This document shows positions 33,301 through 43,069 of a stretch of 64,000 nt of DNA, piece by piece. How positions within the stretch are numbered: position 1 is the first letter of the stretch; each line of letters starts with the position of its first letter. The translations under genes and the position numbers were made by a program. The stretch spans positions 144,409-208,408 of the forward strand of contig JAPJBO010000148.1 in the NCBI GenBank assembly GCA_030068145.1, in the 5' to 3' direction. Origin of the DNA: Diplonema papillatum (Eukaryota). The notes below the pieces were generated by a model. That model searched no databases and was not told where the DNA came from. It was given only the letters and a program-made list of their open reading frames with translations.

Positions 33301-33474
33301 TCAAGAGGCAAGCACTACCAGGCCAGCCCAGGCTAACCCACCCAACCTCAGTGTTGGAACAAGAATCAGACGAAATGGTTAAGCTAATTTGTAAGAGAGG
33401 GGGGTCTGGGGGGCAGCGCCCCCCAGCGCACGGTACGGTACAGCGAAGAATTTCCGCACCGGTCAACTTCTAGT

Positions 33475-35082
33475 ATTGAATCCAAATTCAGTTAGAACCG
33501 GTAGTCAACGTCTGATGCCGAACCCCAAATCTAATTAGAATCGGTACTCAACGTCCAATTTCCGATTCCAAATTTAAATAGAATTGGTAGTCAACGTTCA
33601 AGGTTGGCTCCAAATTTAATTAAAATTGGTAGGCAACGTCGATCCAAAATCAATTAGACTTGGTAGTCAACGTCTGATGCCAAATCCAAAAATTAATTAG
33701 AATTGATAGGCAACGTCCAGTTTCGGATCCCAAATTTAACTACAATTGGTAGTCAACGTCCAGTTTCGGATTCCAAATTTAATTACAATCGGTAGTCAAC
33801 GTCTGATGCCAAATCCAAAATTTAATTAGAATTGGTAGTCAACTTCCAATTTCGGATTCCAAATTTAATTACAATCGGTAGTCAACGTCTGATGGCGTAT
33901 CCAAATTTAATTAGACTTGGTAGTCAGCGTCCAATTTCGGGTCCCAAATTTAATTAGAAATGGTAGTCTACGTCCAATTTCGGATTCCAAATGTAATTAC
34001 AATCGGTAGTCAACGTCTGATGTCGTATCCAAATTTAATTAGAAGTGGTAGTCAACGTCTAATGTCGGATCCCAAATTTAATTAGAAGTGGCAGTGAACG
34101 TCTATTGTCGGATCCAAAATTAATTAGAATTGGTAGTCAACATCCAATTTCCGATCCCAAATTTAATTAGAATTGGTAGTCAACGTTCAATTTTGAATCC
34201 AGATTTAATTAGAATTGGTAGTCAACGTCCAATTTCCGATCCCAAATCTAATTAGAATTGGTAGTCAATGTTCAATTGGATCCAAATTTAACTAGAATTG
34301 GTAGTCAACGTTCAATTTTGAATCCAGATTTAATTAGAATTGGTAGTCAACGTCCAATTTCCGATCCCAAATCTAATTAGAATTGGTAGTCAATGTTCAA
34401 TTGGATCCAAATTTAACAAATTTAATTAGAATTGGTAGTCAACGTCCAATTTCGGATCCCAAATTTAATTAGAATTGGTAGTCAACGTCCAATTTCCGAT
34501 CCATGAATTTAATTAGAATTGGTAGTCAACGTTCAATTTTGAATCCAAATTTAATTAGAATTGGTAGTCAACGTCCAATTTCCGATCCCAAATTTAATTA
34601 GAATTGGTAGTCAACGTTCAATTTTGATCCCAAATTTAATTAGAATTGGTAGTCAACGTCCAATTTCGGATCCCAAATTTAATTAGAATTGGTAGTCAAC
34701 GTCCAATTTCCGATCCAAATTTAATTAGAATTGGTAGTCAACGTCCAATTTCGAATCCAAATTTAATTAGAATTGGTAGTCAACGTCCAATTTCCGATCC
34801 CAAATTTAATTAGAATTGGTAGTCAACGTCCAATTTCCGATCCAAATTTAATTAGAATTGGTAGTCAACGTCCAATTTCGGATCCCAAATTTAATTAGAA
34901 TTGGTAGTCAACGTCCAATTTCCGATCCCAAATTTAATTAGAATTGGTAGTCAACGTTCGATTTTGAATCCAAATTTAATTAGAATTGGTAGTCAACGTC
35001 CAATTTCCGATCCCAAATTTAATTAGAATTGGTAGTCAACGTTCAATTTCCGATCCCAAATTTAATTAGACTTGGTAGTCAA
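33475..35082. repeat. satellite, 42/43-bp monomers, array 2 (proximal ~600 bp more diverged)
   Basis: Same monomers as 32120-32989. Confidence 0.85.
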
Positions 35083-35297
35083 CGTCTCGCCTCCCACCAC
35101 CCCCTTTGGCCCTCCGCCCCTGGCCCTCCTGCCTCCTCTTTCCCCGCCTCCGTTTTACTCTTCCTGCCCCCATGGCTTCGCCATGGCTTTCGCCATGACT
35201 TCGCCATGGCTTCGCCATGGCTTCGTCCCTCACCCCCGCTGATCCCGGTTGGTAGTGACCCGGCCCTACCCCAACCCCCAGCCCAAAATTAAGGCAA
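35083..35297 (+). repeat. second copy of the ~200-bp segment (see 32990-33184)
   Basis: About 95% identical to 32990-33184; abuts the LINE poly(A). Confidence 0.75.
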
Positions 35298-38200
35298 TTT
35301 TTTTTTTTTCGCGCTCGGGGTGGCCCCGAGCCCCAGACCCATATATAAATCACTGCTTCCGTTGATATTGTTAGTCATTCGCTCTCCCTTTTCCCTACCG
35401 CTCCGATCCCTTCTCTTTCCACTTCTTCCTCTTCCGTTGCCCCCCACACAAGACGCAGTGCTGATTTTCTCGAGATATCTCAAAACTAGCGAGGACCACC
35501 GTGCCGCTAACGGGTCGTCGCACAGGACCTTCACGCGTTTCGCCACGTGCCGGATCGTGTCTCTTCGTTTCTTTGCAAAGTCCGCGAGCAGTCCCTTCAG
35601 TTGTGGCGGGTCGGTGGGGTATGCGTGACGGATGTCGGACACTTCGTTGTGCGTCGCATCATCTGTGAGCAGGACGTGTTGCGCGTTGGCCAGCGCCGCG
35701 CACCGCTTGCAGGCGATCCGGGTGGCTCGCGGCATCACCGCTCGCCGGATAATCGCTTGCAAGAGGTCCACGGCGCCGGGCAGTGCTTCGAGGGAGCGGA
35801 GCGTACTCCCCTTCGTTGTCTCCGCCGACGCAAGTTCCCGTATGCTCCTCGTCGCCGTCTTTGTCCGGCTGTACTGCCACACGCGCTTCACGTACCGAAT
35901 GGGGCTCTCCAGCTGCGGGAAGTCCTCTGCGGCGTAACAGCAAACAGCTCTTACCCCGTTCTTCCGATACAGGAGCTCAACGTCCAGAACCGGAAGTCTC
36001 TCCTGGAGGGCCCGCGTCGCCGCCTCATCTGCGCCGTTGATGTCGGTGTTGTCGGCGTGTCCCTTACCCCATCGGAGGCACTGCTCATACTCGCCGACCA
36101 CGCCTGCCACGGGGTCACCGGGCTCCTTTCGGCGGATTCGCAGGATGGCCGCTTCGCTGTCGCTGTACCACGAAACCCTCTCGGGGGCGACATCCCACCG
36201 TCTCAGCACGGTTGCCAACAGCATCATTGCCGCCAGTTCGGTCTCTGTGCTCGAGGTCACGGTTCCGCTTAGCAGGCAGCCGAAGGACATCGTTCCGAAA
36301 TTGACTCCGGCGGACCCGCGCGATTCGTCCTCGAGAAAACCCCCATCGCTCGCCACCACAACATCATGCGTCAACAAGAATTCCCGGCCCAGCATCACGT
36401 CGATCTGCGAGAGTATGTCCTCTCCCACGGCTGTTTGTCGGGGGGGCCTTCGACGGAAGCCTGCTACAGGGAGGGCGTCCCTTTCTTCGTTGGGTCGGTG
36501 AGCCAGGTACGCCCGCGTTCGTTGAAGTGCCGCGTAATGTTCCACGTTCGGGCACGCGAAGCCGTCCTTGCACCATGCAAATTCCTTAATCCCTCTACTG
36601 TGGCGATGCTTCGGGAAGAGACTTGCGTGAGAAGCTACCAGCTTGGGTGCTCTTGGGTCGAAGCAGGAGGATAGGCAGTGCATGGACAGGGTGGGCAGTA
36701 CGTGGCTGCGGAAGAAGGCACACTTACGTCTTGTCGAGCGGTAGACGTGGGAGTTGGTGAAGTCTACCAGGCGTGCCAGCCTTTCCAAGTTCTTCGCGTC
36801 ATTCTCGCACCCTCTCGTTCGTCTGTCCGCGTGCAGGCAGGCCCCCAGCAGTTTTGCGCGGTTCACGGTCTCGCGGTGAGGTTCAGTGCTCCACACGAAG
36901 GGAGTCTTCGCCAATACAAGGATCTTGTCTTCAGCCAGCTCCAACCCTTTCGACGCCGACCACGATTGGAGCGCCCCAAAAGTAGCTGGGAGGCGTGACC
37001 TTGTTGTTCGGGCCACCAGATCATCGACGTACGCCCGGGTCTCTTCCCTCGGGGGGGGCTCGCAGGTGTACAGTACGAAGAGGAGTACGCTGAGGGGTGA
37101 GCCTTGGAGTACGCCTCGCCCCAAGCCGACCGGCGGGGTAAACCCGTCGTAGTGAACAATCGTCACCTCCTGGCCCTCGATTACCCTTGCTACTGTCTTC
37201 GCCCATTCGGGGCCAAGCAGCCTCTCTACTGTCTGTATCAGCCTTCCGTGCGGAATCGAGTCGAAGGCGGCCCGGACGTCTACCAGGAGCAGCAAGCGCT
37301 CGTCGTCTTCCTCAGAACCCATCTCTGATTCCAGCCACTCCCGTGCATGGAGGACCACCTGCGCCGCCCCGCTTTGCCTACCGCATCCGAACTGGAACTC
37401 GTGCATCTGGACCAATGACTGTACCAACGGTTTCATTTTCAGATACAATGCCGAGTGCTGCAGCTTTGCAAAGAGAGGCATTATTGCAATTGGCCGGTAC
37501 CCCCTCGGATCCGACGTTCGCATCGCCTTCCCCTTCCAGAATAAGAAAATCCAAGACACTCGCTGTCGCGCCGGTACGCCCTCACGAGTCCATCTGTTGA
37601 GCTCAGCTGTCGTTGACTCAAGAGTTCTCTCTGACATTGTTTTTAAAAACTTCGGTGAGAAGTCAGCTGTTCGAGCAGTGGACCGGATGACAGCTATCGC
37701 CGCGCTGACGTCTTCGGCCGACAACGCAATCGGTACGGCGTCGCGGGGCAGGATTATCGGTGGGTGTAGGGCGTCAGATTGGTATTTGTTCCGGAGGAAC
37801 GCCGTAAAGACGGCGGGATTCTCCAGCATCGGTGGCTGATAAGGTGATGACAGGTTTGGAGACTTGTGGTGTTGCCCGGCCGCGTCCAATTTCTTTCGGA
37901 TCGACCGAATCTCTGCATTTAGGGTCGACTTCAGTTGTGCGCCGGCGCTGCTTCGGAGTATAATTCGACGATATAGGGCATCCTGCAGCCTCGCCACCTT
38001 CGTGCTTCTGGGTCGAGGGGGTGGGCGAGCACCCGTTTCATCGAGGGCGTCGAGCATCTGGGAAAAGGTCGCTTGGTCGAGGGTTTGGCGCTTTGTGGGG
38101 TACACCATGGCCGGAGGCCTCTTCAGGCTCTTGTCGAAGCGTAGGGACAGAACAGCATGGTCGCTTCCTCCGGTGAATCGAATGCTGCTCAAGCTCCATC

Positions 38201-38999
38201 GAGACCTTCTCGGCACGAAAGCTCTGTCCAGCGACGACGTGGCGTTCGACCTCGAAAAAGTTGTTCGCGACCGCACCAATTCCTGCAGATTCTCCCTCCG
38301 CATGCGGCGCTCCACCTGGGGCGTAGTTCGTGGGTTAAAGTCGCCGACAACCGCGAAGTCGGTCATGCAGTCCCGCGCCCGCTGCGCTATCCAGTCTCCG
38401 AGTCGGTCGGTCAGGGAATCGCGTTTGTGGCAAGGGACGTACACACTCACTACCCTTAGTGTCTCGCCCGCCACCTGCAGGTCTGCGCTGCACGCACCGT
38501 AACCGGTGTAGCACTGAGATACTGTAATCAGGGATTGCTTCTTGATCAGTATCGCCGTCCGGGCCAGGGGGTGCCCGTCCGCGTAGGGGCAAGTGCCCAC
38601 CACCACGACAGTCCATCCGGCACGGGTTGCGTATTCGCGGAAGATCGTGGGCTCGCGGCCAATCTCGTTCACCGCCAGGACATCGGCAGCCGGCAAGCGT
38701 GAGAAAAATCTCTCTAAACACATCTTACAGGAGGCATTACACGACAGGAGGATCAAGTGCCTGTCGAGAGGGAGGAAACGGCGGGCTCTCAGGGGCGGAA
38801 TGACTAGCGGCGGGTGCGCTTCTTGCGGTCGGAAGGAGTTGGTTGAAGCTGATATCGGGTGTGTTTGGGAGGAACTGACTGATGATTCGGGAGGTATGGA
38901 AAGGGAGGGATTGACTGATGCGGCTGATAAGCAGTTGTTGGGGTTGCTTGTCACTGACTCGTTCACCGTGGCTAATATGAGCCGTCCTCGGGGTCGACC
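35289..38999 (-). CDS. LINE ORF2 (AP endonuclease - reverse transcriptase - RNase H), frame open from 38999; no AUG before the APE domain; stop codon lies in flanking DNA beyond the poly(A)
   Basis: The frame opens 26 nt upstream of the ORF1 stop, in the -1 frame relative to ORF1. The first in-frame ATG is ~80 codons in, after the LILLSCNASC APE start. The frame ends ...ATPSAKKKKLP* where KKKK is the poly(A) and the TAA (35289-35291) is target DNA. Confidence 0.8.
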   Translation of the reverse strand, partial: GRPRGRLILATVNESVTSNPNNCLSAASVNPSLSIPPESSVSSSQTHPISASTNSFRPQEAHPPLVIPPLRARRFLPLDRHLILLSCNASCKMCLERFFSRLPAADVLAVNEIGREPTIFREYATRAGWTVVVVGTCPYADGHPLARTAILIKKQSLITVSQCYTGYGACSADLQVAGETLRVVSVYVPCHKRDSLTDRLGDWIAQRARDCMTDFAVVGDFNPRTTPQVERRMRRENLQELVRSRTTFSRSNATSSLDRAFVPRRSRWSLSSIRFTGGSDHAVLSLRFDKSLKRPPAMVYPTKRQTLDQATFSQMLDALDETGARPPPRPRSTKVARLQDALYRRIILRSSAGAQLKSTLNAEIRSIRKKLDAAGQHHKSPNLSSPYQPPMLENPAVFTAFLRNKYQSDALHPPIILPRDAVPIALSAEDVSAAIAVIRSTARTADFSPKFLKTMSERTLESTTAELNRWTREGVPARQRVSWIFLFWKGKAMRTSDPRGYRPIAIMPLFAKLQHSALYLKMKPLVQSLVQMHEFQFGCGRQSGAAQVVLHAREWLESEMGSEEDDERLLLLVDVRAAFDSIPHGRLIQTVERLLGPEWAKTVARVIEGQEVTIVHYDGFTPPVGLGRGVLQGSPLSVLLFVLYTCEPPPREETRAYVDDLVARTTRSRLPATFGALQSWSASKGLELAEDKILVLAKTPFVWSTEPHRETVNRAKLLGACLHADRRTRGCENDAKNLERLARLVDFTNSHVYRSTRRKCAFFRSHVLPTLSMHCLSSCFDPRAPKLVASHASLFPKHRHSRGIKEFAWCKDGFACPNVEHYAALQRTRAYLAHRPNEERDALPVAGFRRRPPRQTAVGEDILSQIDVMLGREFLLTHDVVVASDGGFLEDESRGSAGVNFGTMSFGCLLSGTVTSSTETELAAMMLLATVLRRWDVAPERVSWYSDSEAAILRIRRKEPGDPVAGVVGEYEQCLRWGKGHADNTDINGADEAATRALQERLPVLDVELLYRKNGVRAVCCYAAEDFPQLESPIRYVKRVWQYSRTKTATRSIRELASAETTKGSTLRSLEALPGAVDLLQAIIRRAVMPRATRIACKRCAALANAQHVLLTDDATHNEVSDIRHAYPTDPPQLKGLLADFAKKRRDTIRHVAKRVKVLCDDPLAARWSSLVLRYLEKISTASCVGGNGRGRSGKRRDRSGREKGERMTNNINGSSDLYMGLGLGATPSAKKKKLP

Positions 39000-40230
39000 C
39001 TAGGACGGGGGGTTCCCGGCGGAGATGTCTCCATCCCGCCTTCCCCCCCCCGCTCCCCGGGCTTACTCTTCGCCGGCGGGGACAATGACCCCTCGCCCTC
39101 TCGCGCCAGGCTCCGCTTCGCGCCCACCGTGTACTCCACAGCAGCCGACCTCCCGCCTCCCTTTGCTTTCTCTCCCTTGCCCATCTTTCCAGCTCCACGC
39201 CCTTTCGAAGCCGCTTTGTCGTTGCTCTTTCCATTCACTCCCAGGGGCCTGCTTTCCTGTCCCTTCCCGCCCAGGAGTCCCTCGTCGGCTTCTTCTCCCG
39301 CTGAGCTGGCCTCGCTGCGACTTGCTGCTTGGGCATACGTTCCGGGGGACTGCACGGACTCGGCTCCAGCACCCACCATCACCCCGAGCCTTCCAAAACG
39401 TATGTCCCTGCCACCGATCTTGATCTGCAGACTTTGTAAAAGCGCCTCCTCCTCGTCGTCCAATCCCTTCACCACAAATGTCGTTGTCGTCCTCGTCAGC
39501 CCGTACGCGGGAACCAGTTCGACGTCAGCTGTCACCCCTGCGTGGTTCAGAGCCAACTGCACCTCGTAGTCCGCCAGCGTCCTGCTGAGGCCAACAACCC
39601 CGTACTCCTCCCTTTGCCGTTCCCTGTAGGCCTCCCTGTCCCTTGCCGCCTGCTCTTTCGACTTCACGAACACTCCATCCCTTTTGACCGCAATGCCAGC
39701 GGCGTCCAACCTCTCAGCGAAGGCGCCAATCAGCCCCTCCGACTCCCGGTCGGCGTATACACGATACCCCGTGGCCGAGTAGCGCAGTATCGACGCCTTC
39801 ATGCCGACCTTCTCCATTGCCTCTATTATGTCAGACGGGGGATTGGAAAAGGGGTCGTCTCTGGCGGTGCGCCTCTGAAAAGCTTCGAGTTCAATCCCTT
39901 GAGGGGGGGTGATGATCCACGCCGCTGGGTTGATCGAGAATCGGTGCTCCGCGGCGGCTCTCGTCAGCTGGAGCAAGTCACATTCGCCCTCCATCTCCAG
40001 CAGCTTGACTACATTACCCTTGTAGTACCCGCCCGCACTGCGCACCTTCGACACCCGCGCAACCTGCCCGATGCTCTCCATGACCTTCTTCACTTCGCTA
40101 ACCTCGCCGCACAGTGAGTAAACTTTCTCCAACGCTGCATGCAGTTCGTCGTCCCCAATTAACAGCACTTCACCGTCGCTTGGCATTTTCAATAAAGAGA
40201 TTTTTTACTTTTTTAATGCCAATAAAGAGA
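35298..40230 (-). mobile_element. full-length non-LTR retrotransposon (LINE; ORF1 + APE-RT-RNaseH ORF2; poly(A) tail)
   Basis: Poly(A) appears as a 12-T run at 35298-35309 preceded (minus sense) by ...ccccgagcgcg. ORF2 carries APE motifs (LILLSCNAS, VVGDFN, GSDHAVL), RT motifs (FDSIPH, LQGSPLS, YVDDLV) and RNase H motifs (VVASDGG, TETELAA, YSDSEAA, KGHADN). ORF1 is 404 aa. The 5' end is approximate (A-run 40231-40249 and repeat F lie just upstream). Confidence 0.85.
38972..40186 (-). CDS. LINE ORF1 protein (404 aa; no zinc knuckle recognised)
   Basis: The track start is TTG at 40192; the first ATG is at 40184-40186 (MPSDGEVLLIGDDELHAALEK...). Stop TAG at 38972-38974. Confidence 0.7.
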   Translation of the reverse strand: MPSDGEVLLIGDDELHAALEKVYSLCGEVSEVKKVMESIGQVARVSKVRSAGGYYKGNVVKLLEMEGECDLLQLTRAAAEHRFSINPAAWIITPPQGIELEAFQRRTARDDPFSNPPSDIIEAMEKVGMKASILRYSATGYRVYADRESEGLIGAFAERLDAAGIAVKRDGVFVKSKEQAARDREAYRERQREEYGVVGLSRTLADYEVQLALNHAGVTADVELVPAYGLTRTTTTFVVKGLDDEEEALLQSLQIKIGGRDIRFGRLGVMVGAGAESVQSPGTYAQAASRSEASSAGEEADEGLLGGKGQESRPLGVNGKSNDKAASKGRGAGKMGKGEKAKGGGRSAAVEYTVGAKRSLAREGEGSLSPPAKSKPGERGGEGGMETSPPGTPRPRVDPEDGSY

Positions 40231-40589
40231 TTTTTTTTTTTTTTTTTTTCCCCCTTCCGACGACAGCAAGTGGCAGACCAGCCCACCTCAAGGCAGTTGA
40301 TTTTTTTAGGCAGGTTCACTCTACCGGCGGAAGTTGTTTGGGTCAGCGGGTTTGTTGTTTTCTTTGTTGTTGTTGTTTTCTTTTTCCAATAATGATTTTT
40401 TTTTTAGTGAATTTTTTTTTTTTTTCACTAAAGGGGAAAATCCCTGCCCCTAGGCATACAGTGCATAAGGAAGCTAGAGGGGGAGAAATGTGAAAACGGG
40501 GTTTTGCCCAGAGGCTTTTCGTGTTATTCTGCAGATGCTTTGAGCTATCTTTGTGTCTATGCTTTCAGTCGTCTTCTTAACCACGGTGG

Positions 40590-40700
40590 AAACAATACAA
40601 CTACAAAGTGGGTCTTTTTTGTTGAACGCTTACGCCCGCCACTAAACCCAGATTCACCTGTGTTTCGAGTGGGCTACAGCACATTTACCTCCTTTGATCG
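40590..40700 (+). repeat. dispersed repeat family G (reverse-complement copy at 9700-9800)
   Basis: tttgttgaacgcttacgcccgccactaaacccagattcacctgtgtttcg.gtggg.tacagcacc.gtttacctcctttgatcgttcg is the reverse complement of 9700-9800. Confidence 0.6.
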
Positions 40701-40822
40701 TTCGCAGCTGGCAGGGCAGCCTCCTCAAGTATTTCCTACAAAGCAGGTGCTTTGTAGGCTACAGCACATTTACCTCCTTTGATATTTTGCAGCCGGCAGG
40801 GCAGCCTCCTCAAGTATTTCCA
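40668..40822. repeat. direct repeat, ~76 bp x 2
   Basis: ggctacagcacatttacctcctttgat...gcag.cggcagggcagcctcctcaagtatttcc.aaagcaggtgctt occurs twice. Confidence 0.7.
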
Positions 40823-41220
40823 AAGCAGGTGCTTATACAACAAAATAAATCGAATCGTCGGCAATGGGCAACACAGACACACTCAAGCTCTGTCCAAGCC
40901 CACTCTTCTAAGACTTGCGTCGTAAGAAGCGAGCCAATTCACCCCCTGCCCGATCATATCGTTTGGCCTACAGTTTGGGTTAGATTGCAAATAATCTGTG
41001 GTGATCATCTGCGGAATCAAACGTAACCGCGTTTCGTAGGGCGCACTCGAACGAGAAATCGAGCGCGATCGACCTAACTTTTGGATTAGAATGCAAAGAA
41101 TCTGTGGCGATAATCTGCATCAGCTATAACTGTCTGAGCAAACAGTTGAAGAACTCCGGGGAGGCTGGGATGAACGGCGGTAATGGTGCCTTGCAAGGAA
41201 TCTCTTCATCGGGGACTAAG

Positions 41221-41540
41221 ATAAAACAGTGGTGTCACCTGGCCGCCCACGTGGTGAAGCCGTTAACAGCAGCCTGCCGGTGTATCCCGTGACACCTTTT
41301 ATAAAACAGTGGTGTCACCTGGCCGCCCACGTGGTGAAGCCGTTAACAGCAGCCTGCCGGTGTATCCCGTGACACATTTTATAAAACAGTGGTGTCACCT
41401 GGCCGCCCACGTGGTGAAGCCGTTAACAGCAGCCTGCCGGTGTATCCCGTGACACCTTTTATAAAACAGTGGTGTCACCTGGCCGCCCACGTGGTGAAGC
41501 CGTTAACAGCAGCCTGCCGGTGTATCCCGTGACACCTTTT
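41221..41540 (+). repeat. tandem repeat, 80-bp unit x 4, each unit bounded by the 8-bp inverted repeat ggtgtcac...gtgacacc
   Basis: ataaaacagtggtgtcacctggccgcccacgtggtgaagccgttaacagcagcctgccggtgtatcccgtgacacctttt x4 (one unit has a single substitution). Confidence 0.85.
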
Positions 41541-41699
41541 AGATGTTGTTGGCTACAAGGAAATGACCGTGTCCGGCTTAATCGGTTTTTAGGATGTGCT
41601 CCGGGGGCACCAAAAAAAGTCCAAAAATACGGAACGGACCGATTTGTGATGTATCTTTCCATTGCCGCTCTCGGAGGCCAGAAATTCGTCATCTACGAC

Positions 41700-42185
41700 G
41701 GTTAGACAGTCGACCCAAGGTATCAGTGGGTATTCCTATGGTTTACCGTGGGAATTGGAGCAAAGCGCATGGCAGGATGAGCACCTACCCGAACCAACAC
41801 CAGAAGAGTTTGGGATGAGGCGGGGTTGTAAGTAGACAGTCACTCCGGCGTTACTGATAGACCAAACCCAGCAGGATCGTAGTGGGTTGGTGGGCCGCGC
41901 CGAACACCGTCCCAACGCGTCCGAGGGAGCGCGCTTCGCAGCTTTTGAGATGAGCAATCTTCCTGGCCTGGACAAACAGAAAGGTCGAAGGGCCGGATTG
42001 CTCACCGACGGACACACAACACACCCGTTAACAGGGAACGCGGACTTAGTGCGTGCAGAGGGAGACCGGGCTTGCGCATTCCGACAACAATACGGGATAG
42101 TACGAGAGGAACTCCCGTTTCTAGTCCCTGGTATCTACGGTTGTTCAATTGGCACAGTCTGCTGTGATGATACCACTGGATGAGT
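41700..42185 (+). rRNA. orphan fragment resembling the 3' domain of large-subunit rRNA (including the sarcin-ricin loop region); probably a pseudogene/orphon
   Basis: ggttagacagtcgaccc..g (cf. GAGACAGGTTAG/GACAGTTCGGTCCC), ...cccgttaacagggaacg..., ...gatagtacgagaggaactc... (cf. universally conserved AGUACGAGAGGACC/AAC), ...ggcacagtctgctg.... The conserved blocks are ~370 nt apart instead of ~60 nt. Two ~75-bp degenerate repeats follow (42185-42370). Confidence 0.45.
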
Positions 42186-42382
42186 TGAGGACAAGCCTCA
42201 AAGATCCGTGTTGATCGTCCAAAGTTGGAGAAACCCTTTAAACATGGGTTGTCATCCTCCTAGAGTCGACTCAACGCTTGTCACGTCGGTTTTGATCGGC
42301 AGAAACTTAAGAACAAGCTTCAAACACCACTTTCGATGGTCCAATATGTAGGGATACCCCTCAAACATCCATCGTGACCATC

Positions 42383-42922
42383 CTACAGCTGACGAAAACC
42401 TTCGAGGCTGAACGGGAGAAAAGTGGAACGCACCTGGACGGGCGTGTACTCGTCGTCGACGTCCTGCGGAATCGGGCGGCGGCGGTCTTTTTCCCACTCG
42501 CGCTCGCGGGGCTGGCGGTCCCTGTCCCTCTCACGGTCGCGTTCGAGCTCCCTCTCGCGGTCCCTGTCCCTCCGCCGCTGCATTTCGACGTTTTCCCGGT
42601 CGCGCCGCTCCTTCAGCGCCCGGTCCTTCTCCCGGGCCCTGTCACGCTCCCGGTCTCTATCCCGGTCCCTGTCCCTATCCCTATCCCTGTCTCTGTCCCT
42701 GTCACGCCGCTCGCGCTCCCGTTCGCTGTCCCTCTCCTTCTCCTTCAACCGAGCGTCTCGCTCCCGGTCCGTCTCCCTCCCTTTGTCTCTGGGGTCTTCC
42801 TGCGGCACCACACCGTTCTTCGCCAGCTTCTCGATGATGTCGCTTCTCTCGATGCATCCGACCAGCGATATCCGCGATTCCTGTGTTCGTTGGTCTGCCT
42901 TTCCGCCAGGGATTCGTAGTGG
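42383..42922 (-). CDS. RD/RE-repeat (Arg-Asp/Glu dipeptide-rich) protein ORF, no in-frame ATG near its 5' end (truncated gene, exon, or pseudogene)
   Basis: The minus frame is open from 42922 to the stop at 42383 (...GCIERSDIIEKLAKNGVVPQEDPRDKGRETDRERDARLKEKERDSERERERRDRDRDRDRDRDR...REREWEKDRRRPIPQDVDDEYTPVQVRSTFLPFSLEGFRQL*). The RD repeats are encoded with mixed synonymous codons, which argues for coding rather than a simple-sequence artefact. A family C copy and the 49-bp satellite abut its 5' side. Confidence 0.35.
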   Translation of the reverse strand, partial: PLRIPGGKADQRTQESRISLVGCIERSDIIEKLAKNGVVPQEDPRDKGRETDRERDARLKEKERDSERERERRDRDRDRDRDRDRDRDRDRERDRAREKDRALKERRDRENVEMQRRRDRDRERELERDRERDRDRQPREREWEKDRRRPIPQDVDDEYTPVQVRSTFLPFSLEGFRQL

Positions 42923-43069
42923 CTATGGTTGGCGTTGGGATTATTTGAGTACATGAACGCACATGGATTAGCATGCACTTTTTTCGTAGGGTAGCTTACT
43001 TTATGACGTCGTCACCTGCCATTGTGTCGTCTGACTCTCTAGTCTGACTCTAGTCTGACTCGAGGCTGA

